A stretch of DNA of 64,000 nucleotides from Nemertoderma westbladi (Eukaryota; Animalia; Xenacoelomorpha), in assembly GCA_032718475.1 (NCBI GenBank), contig JAUCBJ010003970.1:5176-69175 (forward strand), written 5' to 3'. Of the stretch, positions 56,006 to 64,000 are shown piece by piece. Position 1 is the stretch's first letter. Every line of letters begins with the position of its first letter. The notes under the pieces were generated by a model. It was not told the DNA's origin. It worked only from the letters and a program-made list of their open reading frames with translations, and did no database searches. A program made the translations under genes and the position numbers.

Positions 56006-56065
56006 ATTACAACAAGCCAAAGAACTTATGGAAAAATCAGACCGATTGGCACGTCGTAAATCTAG
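56006..56065 (+). CDS. SRGAP: Probable 60-nt SRGAP exon (phase 2-2)
   Basis: Pyrimidine tract + CAG acceptor, AG|GTAATG donor; open in the frame inherited from exon 2: (K)LQQAKELMEKSDRLARRKS(R/S), helix-like. Confidence 0.6.
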
Positions 56066-56744
56066 GTAATGTTTCTGATAACCTTTGCTTTTGCCGGTAT
56101 ATCGGAGTTTCCTTTTACAAAAATAACATCTGGATGTATTTAAGTCTGAGATAGGGGGGTCTATTGACGCAATCAGAATGAAACCCTCTCCGTGGGCATA
56201 GTTGACGCAAACTGCAGCTGATTACGAGCAAAAATGAAACTGTAACCTATGCTATTGACTCTGGTTTATTGTTTTGATTAGAATAACATGCCACTGTAAC
56301 CTGACCTTTTATTGATGATTACAGTGTTATACTGTACATTTGCGTCATTAGTCCACCTCTGTCTCTTAATTTTAGTTTATACTCAATTATTAATATTTCT
56401 CTGTACTTATGGTGGAAACTTTTTTTTCTATATAATAATTTCTTCATATGAAACTCCGGTATTGGCATTGTGTGCCTATAAACGTTGTGTATGTGCTACA
56501 CTGTCCCTGCACGGCACCAACACGCGAGGCAGCTTTGGGTATATTCGTATAAAGGTTTTAGATCTGGTGATTTCTATTTAATCTTCCCATATCATTTTTG
56601 TTTTACTGACCCAGCTGATGTGTTCTGTATGTATTATAGTATTCACTAGAATGTTATTTACCTACAATGCTAGTGGGTCTTGGTGTGTGGTCGGGGCATG
56701 ATCAATGAGATTATCTCTTGCAGTGACAATGAGACCTAAGGGGG

Positions 56745-58600
56745 TTAGTCCCACAAATTGCCTACTGGCGGAGTGTGGGCTACAAACTGCCTACTGGTGG
56801 AGTGTGTGCTACAACCTGCCTACAAGATGAGTGGGGGCTACATCCTGCCTACAAGAGGAGTGGGGGCTACAATCTGCCTACTATAGAAATGTGGACTACA
56901 AACTGCCTACTATAGAAGTGTGGACTACAAACTGCCTACTAGTGTTGCCTATACAAACTGCATACTAGGGGATTGTGGGCTACAAACTGCCTAGTGGCGG
57001 AGTGTGGGCTACAAATTTACTAGTAGAGGAGTGTGGGCTACAAACTGCCTACTAGTGTGGGCTACAAACTGCCTACTAGGGGATTGTGGACTACAAACTG
57101 CCTACGAGTGTGGAATATGGGCTACGAACTGCCTAGTAGCGGAGTGTGGGCTTCAAATTCCCTAGTAGAGGAGTGTGGACTACAAACTGCCTGCTAGAGG
57201 AGTGTGGGCTACAAACTGCCTATTAGCGGTGCCTACAACCTACATACTAGGGGAGTATGGGCTACAAACTGCCTACTTTGTTGAGTGTGGGCTACAAACT
57301 GCCTACTTAGTTGAGTATGGGCTACAAACTGCCTACTAGTGTGGGCTAAAAGCTGCTTGCTAGTTGAGTGTTGGCTACAAACTGTCTACTAATGTGGGCT
57401 ATAAACTGCCTACTAGGGGAGTTTGGGCTACAAAATACCTTCTAGTGGAGTTTGGGCTTCAAACTGCCTACTAGAGGAGTGTGGGCTACAAACTACCTAC
57501 TAGAGGAGTGGGGGCTACAAACTACCTAATAGAGGAGTGGGGTCTACAAACTGCTTACTAGTGTTGGCTACAGACTGCCTACTAGTGTTGGCTACAGACT
57601 GCCTATTAGATGAGTATGGGCTACAAACTACCTACTAGAGGAGTGTAGGCTACAAACTACCTACTAGAGGAATGGGGGCTACAAACTGCTTACTAGTGTT
57701 GGCTACAAACTGCCTACTAGTGTTGGCTACAGACTGCCTATTATATGAGTATGGGCTACAAAATGCCTACTGGGGGGTGTGGGCTACAAAATGCCAACTA
57801 ATGTGGGCTTCAAACTACCTACTAGAGGAGTGGGGGCTACAAACTGCTTACTAGTGTTGGCTCCAGACTGCCTACTAGTGTAGGCTACAAACTGCCTACT
57901 AGTGTTGGCTACAAACTGCCTATTAGATGAGAATGGGCTACAAACTGCCTACTGGGGAGTGTGGGCTACAAACTGCCTACTAGTGTGGGCTACAAACTGG
58001 CTACTAGGGGATAGTGTGTTACAAACTGCCTACTGACCGAGTGTGTGCTACAAACTGCATCACTAGAGGAGTGTGGGCTACAAACTGCCTACTAGTGTGG
58101 GATACAACTGCCTACTCTAGGGGAGTGCGGCTACATACTGCCTACTAGTGTGGAATATGGGCTACTCCTACTTGGGGAGTCTGGGCTACAAACTGATACT
58201 AGTGTAGGCTTCAACTGCCTACTAGCGTTGCCTTCAAACTGCATACTGAGGGAGTGTGGGCTACAAGCTGCCTACTAGGGGATTATGGGCTACAAACTGC
58301 CTACTAGTGTGGAAAATTGGCTACACCTACTTGGGGAGTGTGGGCTACAAACTGATAATAGTGTAGGCTTCAACTGCCTACTAGCGTTGCCTTCAAACTG
58401 CATACTGAGGGAGTGTGGGCTACAAGCTGCCTACTAGGGGATTATGGGTTACAAACTGCCTACTAGGTGATTATGGGCTACAAACTGCCTACTATGGGAG
58501 TGTGTGCCACAAACTGGCTACCAAACTAGCGGAGTGTGGATATAAACTGCCTACTAGCGGAGTATGAGCTACAAACTGCCTACTAGGTAGGATACAATCT
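56745..58600. repeat. Degenerate ~24-29-bp minisatellite (GAGTGTGGGCTACAAACTGCCTACTAG)
   Basis: Tandem variants over ~1.85 kb; internal ~140-bp duplication near 58150-58450. Confidence 0.93.
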
Positions 58601-59061
58601 GCCTGCATTGCCTGAAACACTCCTGCCCTACAGGTTGTTATTATTTCATTGCTTGATGTGGTACAGTATTGGATCAGCAACATAATTATCAAATATCTAT
58701 GTTACAAACTATACGGTTTACAGGTATGTTACTATGACAATAAGTATACCTTTTATTTATATACAATGTGAGAAGGGGTTAGTCGAGTCTCGTGCTGCAG
58801 TATTTAATACATAAATAATTACATTTTTGTGTCAATCAATAACCATCATGGAAAAAATCACCAAAAAGCTTTATTGAAGTTTTTGTTATTTATTAGCTTT
58901 GTTTACGGGGCCGTTTTATATTCAACTATTAATCACATTTTTTTAAGAAAAGTTTTCGTCATAGCATAGTTTCCAATATACTTTTATACTTCTACTAACA
59001 ATTTACTCTCTATTCTTTAATATTTAATTAACGCTATACAGTATATAGCTTTTATTACTTT

Positions 59062-59715
59062 TAATAAATTGGAGATGAGCTGTTGCAACTGTAATTAAAG
59101 GTGTAATATTATGGGTTTGTTCAGAAGTGGAAAAAATGAGAAAGCGCGTCACCGGGGGTTGAACCAGCGCTATACGTACGTTTCGGCCTAACACGCCTCC
59201 TCAGTAGCGCTAACCAGTTCAGCCACTAGCCCCTGACATTCACTCTCCCACCTAATCCACTTCTGTTGAACGGGCAGTCTTAAGTTGCATATATTCTATC
59301 TCTAACAGCGGACCTACCGGCCTCAAGTATGCTAGAGTGAAACAGGAGGGAAGTACAAAATATATAAATATTCAGCTCGAGTATTGCTGCCAGGTGATAT
59401 TAATTAAATAAATTGGAGATGAGCTGTTATAGGCTGTTACTATTACACTTTTAATTATAGTTGCAACAGCTCATCCAATTTATTTAATTAATATCACCTG
59501 GCAGCAATACTCGAGCTGAATAGTTATTTATTTTGTACTTCCCTCCTGTTTCACTCTAACATACTTGAGGCCGGTAGGTCCGCTGTTAGAGATAGAATAT
59601 ATGCAACTTAAGACTGCCTGTTCAATAGAAGTGGATTAGGTAGGAGTGTGTGTGTCAGGGGCTAGTATGACTGAGTTGGTTAGCGCCACTGATGTGGCCT
59701 GTTAGGGCGAAACAC
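59062..59715. mobile_element. Inverted pair of ~344-bp non-coding hammerhead-containing units (retrozyme / Penelope-like pLTR)
   Basis: 59180-59425 is the reverse complement of 59465-59713. AAATTGGAGATGAGCTGTT recurs at a 344-bp interval (GGAG at 59071 and 59415). Contains hammerhead cores and no ORF. Confidence 0.8.
59161..59220 (-). ncRNA. Type I hammerhead ribozyme (minimal, palindromic stem III)
   Basis: Minus strand: AGCGCUA-CUGAGGA-GGC[GUGUUAG]GCC-GAAA-CGUACG-UA^UAGCGCU; 7-bp stem I, intact core, GUA cleavage triplet between 59173 and 59172. Confidence 0.88.
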
Positions 59716-60640
59716 GGGAGTCGATGTTTAGTTCGGCATAATTTAAACCGAAATGGTTAAAATGTAGCGGATTACTGCTTAATTCCCCGTTGAAGCTGGC
59801 GTTGGTAAGCATTCCAATCAAAATATACTTAGGTAATTTCCCTTGGATTATGTTCGATTCTGTATAACTGGACTGTCCGCCACCAATAGTGAAGGTTTTC
59901 ACTTCTTGTTTTAACAAGTTATAAATAAAGTCATTTTTTTGTGACCCCAACAAATGCGCGCGCATAACCTCGGCATCAATCCTGTGGCGTTTTATTTTTA
60001 AATTAATATTCATGATTTCAACTCTTGGGTTTACCAATCCTGCGGGGGGTTCAACTTTCAAAAAAAAATTATTCGATACTCGGTCTATACGAAGTCGAAT
60101 GTTAATTCCCGGCGGCAGTAATTTGTCCTGGCTTGTTAGGTCTAAAAAAATTGGGGCCACAACGAATTTAACATAATTCCCATGAATGTCGTTCCCAGTA
60201 GTAGCGACAGGTACCCCGCCTAGATTATTATCTATATCCTCATAACCGCCAGCTCTTAAAATACCGCTTTTTTCATTAGCATCTGTCAACAGTAATGTCT
60301 GAAACGTAGACTTATAGGCGTAGAACCCATTCGAGGTTTCAACTAGCTTTTCATTTAGGTACAACGAACAATTTTCAAATAGTGACCCACCCGGGTAATT
60401 GAGATGGTGGAGGGTTGTATCGTCGTTAGCCCTATTACCATCCCATATAATTTTATATTTAATGTGAAATTTCGAATTCTTTAAATCAGTATATAGAACA
60501 TTTGACTGGGGTATAAAGAACTCTATTTGCCTGGCATTCGCGTCAAGAGCAGAAATCGGGTAGATATCCAAAAAATGTGAAGATGTATATTCTCGCTGAT
60601 TTGTTTTACTCGAGAATAATGATAATTCTAATTTACTCAT
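59702..60640 (-). pseudogene. Polinton major capsid protein (PY/hexon-like), C-terminally truncated
   Basis: Likely start MSKLELSLF at 60640. Motifs IEFFIP..YTDL, NYPGGSLFENCSLYLNEKLV..YAYKSTFQTLL, DLTSQDKLLPPGINIRLRI, EVKTFTI, QGKLPKYILIGML.N.SFNG...NPLHFNHF. The frame runs into the hammerhead element at ~59714 and stops. Confidence 0.9.
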
Positions 60641-60647
60641 TGTTAAG

Positions 60648-61163
60648 TTACATAAAAATGTCACGACATTTATTATTATTTCGCTTTTTACGTTTGCGCC
60701 CAACGTTCATACCCACACTTGGGTGTCGCCGTTTCCCGCTCCTCTTTTTTTTACTTTTCGGGTTTGTAAATTCATTGTATACCCGTTGGGCGATTTGGCG
60801 TGTCTTTGGATGAGGTTCTAACCGCGCGGCCACTTTATGTATCAAATCATCTGCTTTACTGCGTAAAATACGTTTTCCTTCCGGTATTATGTATTTCCGC
60901 GCCACTTTTGCTGCTTTGGGGAGTGCTTTAGTTAGCACCTTTCTCCCTAACTTGCGTGCTAATATACCGAGGCCAGTTGTTAATATTCCGCGCCCACGCT
61001 GACTATTTTGGGTGTATCGCCGGCCGAATTTATTATTCTTATTATTCCATACACCAGTAGATGGGCCAAACCCGGGGAGAATGCTTCCAACCTTAAAAAC
61101 GGGTATATCGCTATAATTCCCACTGCCCAGTTGGATTTGCGGGGCGCTATATAATTTAAACAA
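60648..61163 (-). CDS. Polinton basic core/membrane-active protein (conserved ORF upstream of the capsid gene)
   Basis: QLGSG, LPGFG and QRGRG glycine motifs, an amphipathic GLGILARKLGRKVL..LP helix, and a K/R-rich tail ending RDIF. No ATG is present; the in-frame ATA TCA just upstream may be a mutated start. Confidence 0.7.
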   Translation of the reverse strand: MFKLYSAPQIQLGSGNYSDIPVFKVGSILPGFGPSTGVWNNKNNKFGRRYTQNSQRGRGILTTGLGILARKLGRKVLTKALPKAAKVARKYIIPEGKRILRSKADDLIHKVAARLEPHPKTRQIAQRVYNEFTNPKSKKKRSGKRRHPSVGMNVGRKRKKRNNNKCRDIFM

Positions 61164-61300
61164 ATTAGAATCTGATATTATTATTATGAGTATTTATTAT
61201 AACGTATAATAATAATTCTTTACTATATACATATATGTATAATCAACAAATTATATATGTACCACATAATAATACAATATAATTAATAAATATATACACA

Positions 61301-61894
61301 TTAATTTGATGACAACCATTTCCCATAACCAACTGCGAGTTTCATAGAACAGTAATTAAAACAGGAATCTTTATCAGAATGGTAGGCACAATTTGTTATT
61401 GCCGAATAATCATGGAAAAGGCATTAGGTGTCATAATCGACACATTTTTCGTTTACGCCGTATGTTTCTAGAAGTGTTCCATTCACATTAAATTCATTTT
61501 TTAAAATAAATAATTTCGGTATTCCGCGTATTAATATTTGAAACCCCAACCGTTTTTTTTCTTGTAACCATTCCTGTATGTACATTTTAAATGCGCTTTG
61601 GTCCATAAATCCATAGTCAAAATTAATGTGATGCGTAATATTGGCGAGTTGTGTGAGACGATCGTATTCGCTTAAACTTAAAATTTTTGCGGGTGGTCCA
61701 TTAATAAACCATACGTTTTCTAATGATTTGATGGTAGTATTATAAGCCACAAACTCTTTAAAATAAATGGTTGCAACGGGGTGTTGGCCGATCTGCGGAT
61801 GATGCGTATAATATTGGAAATCTACTATTATTCCTGGGTTTTCCAGCGTCGGGTAATAATCACGTCCGCGGCTGCGACTTAGAAATTTATCCAT
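61301..61894 (-). pseudogene. Polinton accessory DnaQ/DEDD-exonuclease-like ORF with a premature stop
   Basis: IVDFQ..FKEF..GPP..HHINFDYG..ILIRG..K..L pattern. After TAA (61426-61424) the same frame continues CLFHDYSAITNCAYHSDKDSCFNYCSMKLAVGYGKWLSSN to 61301, supplying the expected Cys/His tail. Confidence 0.6.
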
Positions 61895-61968
61895 ATAGTC
61901 GCTATTACTTCAGATAATCAGATAATAATAAATAATAAATAATTTATATCAATTAAATTGTGACTATC

Positions 61969-62775
61969 TCAGTCAATTCGTATAAAATGAAGCGTCAATA
62001 TTGAATTTCCATAATGAAAGCGCAACAGATCACCCGAATCCCCAACCAATTTAGCCCGTATATAGCGTAAATTAGATGTTACTTTAAGTTTTTTATAGTA
62101 TATCTGTTTGACTTCCCTAGTAATGACTTCACCGTATTCCCCTTCTAATGGTATGGTGCGCAACAGCCGATATTCGTTATTGTCCACAAATTGAGATTCA
62201 ACACAATTAAGGTGAATATTTATGTTAGGGTCTAGTTTCTCGACTGCGTCGGGATGTTTATGGCACTGGTACTTATTATTCCGCGGATTAGTCCTAATTA
62301 AATTATAATCTCCGACGTCGGTTTTTACACACTTGAAACCTAATTTATCAATATCGTGCTCTATTAATCCTAGGTAACCACCCAAACGTTTGCTAACGAA
62401 TATTTCCCATTGTTTCGCTTTGAAATGAATAGTTATATCGCCTGACCTCGCTCTATTATCAACTATATTAATTTGTGCTTTAATAATGCTTTTGTTGAAG
62501 AACTCAATGATTCTTTCCAATGTCAGGAACGACCCTTCTGGGAGAGTGACATCTCTTGTATCCATTTTTTTATTTTTTATAGCCTTTATATAAATGTTAC
62601 TATTATCGTGACGAATACTAGATACGTAGGTTATACTAGTCAAACCTACTAACCATTGCCCTCTAGCGATAGGTAAAGGAATTTGTAAATTTGTTTGGAA
62701 ATCGCTAGCATTATTAAGTGGAAATTCTATTGGGTTCGCGTTTGAAGGTAGTACAACATAATAACTATTCATCAT
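61969..62775 (-). CDS. Polinton minor capsid protein (PX/penton), copy 2, intact
   Basis: YVVLPSN..FPLNNASDFQTNL..P....WLVGLTSITY N-terminus; VESQFVDNNEYRLLRTIP...YYKKL...GDLLRFHYGNSILTLHFIR C-terminus. Confidence 0.85.
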   Translation of the reverse strand: MMNSYYVVLPSNANPIEFPLNNASDFQTNLQIPLPIARGQWLVGLTSITYVSSIRHDNSNIYIKAIKNKKMDTRDVTLPEGSFLTLERIIEFFNKSIIKAQINIVDNRARSGDITIHFKAKQWEIFVSKRLGGYLGLIEHDIDKLGFKCVKTDVGDYNLIRTNPRNNKYQCHKHPDAVEKLDPNINIHLNCVESQFVDNNEYRLLRTIPLEGEYGEVITREVKQIYYKKLKVTSNLRYIRAKLVGDSGDLLRFHYGNSILTLHFIRID

Positions 62776-63651
62776 TATACCAGTTTTGTAATTGCGACTG
62801 TTTTTTTAGTTCTAGAACTAAAATTGTTTTACCACCGTGAAACACTATATGCTTTCCTTTATGATCGCGAAGCATTATACTAATTGTATTAACAAATTTT
62901 TTATTTTTTAACTGTTTGTAATGAGTGTTTTCGACTCTTGACTTATAAATGAGTATGGTTGCCATTTTAACGGAATTATCCGCAAAAGAGGAACCATAGA
63001 ATGCCCCACGTGGGAAGATTCAATTATATCTGTATATATAAACATTGTATGTCTATCCCTCGTTATATCGCAGGGTTCAGGAAATTCAATTCCATTTTTG
63101 TCTGAATTTCTAGAGCCTAAACTTAGTAAGTTGTCTTCTGGGTTGTAATGTATTGACCAAAATGCGCCAAGACCAAGTATGTTATTTTTTAAAGACGATA
63201 AGCCAAATATATTTATTAAATCCCCGTAGAATTGGAAATAGCTTCCTTTCATAGAATGCAAATGTATTTTCGATGTGTGCTTGTGATAATTAAACTTAAC
63301 ATCGGAGAAACCATGATGTGCTACGGAATTTTTTTTCAAATATACGGTAATATAATTTATAATTGACTCAACGGAAGCATACAGCCTATGATTAAGATCG
63401 ATTTCAATAAGATTATACGGGGTAATGTTGAATGGTATATCCACATCTTCCATGTATTCACCAATTTTAATTCCGGATCTTTGCTCAATATTCCTATAAG
63501 TTGATACATATTGTATTTCTTTTAGGCCCACAACCCAATCCGTGGTAATGGGGATAGGTTTGGACAATTCAATTGTAAAATCGCTCTGGGTGTTGTTAGG
63601 ATATTTATCTAGACTGGCGTCAGAAGTCAATGTCAAATGTAAGCGATCCAT
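62765..63651 (-). pseudogene. Polinton minor capsid protein (PX/penton), copy 1, frameshifted
   Basis: LTLTSDAS..YPNNTQSDFTIEL.KPI...WVVGLKEIQY ... FIYTDIIESSHVG..MVPLLRIIP. The C-terminus (VENTHYKQL..TISIMLRDHKG..F.GGKTILVLELKK) is in another frame; restoring one base at ~62935 (GAG TC to GAG GTC) fuses them. Confidence 0.85.
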
Positions 63652-64000
63652 TATTGTATCCTATCAACCCACCGGTGCTTCGCATAACCAACGAATTTTA
63701 CCAGGTATTGTTTTTTCCCTGTTTTTTTGTTTATTACTTTTTCCTTGATTACTTTTTCAATTGGTAAGAACTCAAACGGTTCTTTCACCTTTTTCATTTC
63801 ATATTGATAAAATGTCCCTTTAATAACACGCCTATTCACATCCATAACTTCGTACATAGGGTACGGCTCTCGATCCATCCGTATTCTAGAAATTTCGAAA
63901 ATTTCCCAGGTATAGTTAGGTGTATATCCTTTGGAAAATGGCGTCGCGGTTAAACTCAGACGCACTTTATCGCCAACTTTGAAATAAACTCGACGCTGTT
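63651..64000 (-). CDS. Polinton retroviral-like integrase, C-terminal part with chromodomain (5' end outside the window)
   Basis: Open from the window edge: FKVGDKVRLS....FSKGYTPNYTWEIFEI...Y...D.....IKGTFYQYEMKKV...IEKVIK.....KQYLVKFVGY....WV, typical of Maverick integrase tails. Confidence 0.88.
   Translation of the reverse strand, partial: QRRVYFKVGDKVRLSLTATPFSKGYTPNYTWEIFEISRIRMDREPYPMYEVMDVNRRVIKGTFYQYEMKKVKEPFEFLPIEKVIKEKVINKKTGKKQYLVKFVGYAKHRWVDRIQ

Larger units (their letters stand above)
59714..64000 (-). mobile_element. Maverick/Polinton (adintovirus-like endogenous element), partial and decaying; continues beyond the window
   Basis: Compact intronless co-oriented cluster: integrase-chromodomain, two pentons, exonuclease-like ORF, basic core protein and double-jelly-roll capsid. 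Confidence 0.93.

Noticed and set aside
62908-62975. Programmed ribosomal frameshift in penton 1
   Set aside because: Alignment with penton 2 places the shift at GAG-TCG, with no slippery heptamer; a single-base loss or sequencing error is simpler.

Overview
AT-rich, repeat-dense animal (metazoan) genomic DNA; the species cannot be determined from the sequence. Host genes: an intronless beta-ureidopropionase (UPB1, +, 13345-14487); an intact 3-exon gene for a YqaJ/lambda-exonuclease-family PD-(D/E)XK nuclease (-, 27167-23661); and, head-to-head with it, the 5' part of a SLIT-ROBO RhoGAP (SRGAP, F-BAR) gene. The SRGAP exons are at 31028, 53347 and probably 56006, and the gene continues past the window end. 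On the minus strand, downstream of the last SRGAP exon found and probably intronic, lies a decaying Maverick/Polinton (59.7-64 kb). It carries an integrase-chromodomain tail, two tandem minor-capsid (penton) genes, an exonuclease-like ORF, a basic core protein and a major capsid gene. The capsid gene is cut off by an inverted pair of ~344-bp non-coding units carrying a type I hammerhead ribozyme (retrozyme/Penelope-like). The rest is minisatellites (27, 63, 22, 81, 17, 68, 20 and ~29 bp units), many MITE-like inverted-repeat elements and a tRNA-derived SINE. A bipartite motif recurs across unrelated repeat families. All calls are by eye and from recalled family motifs; no searches were run.
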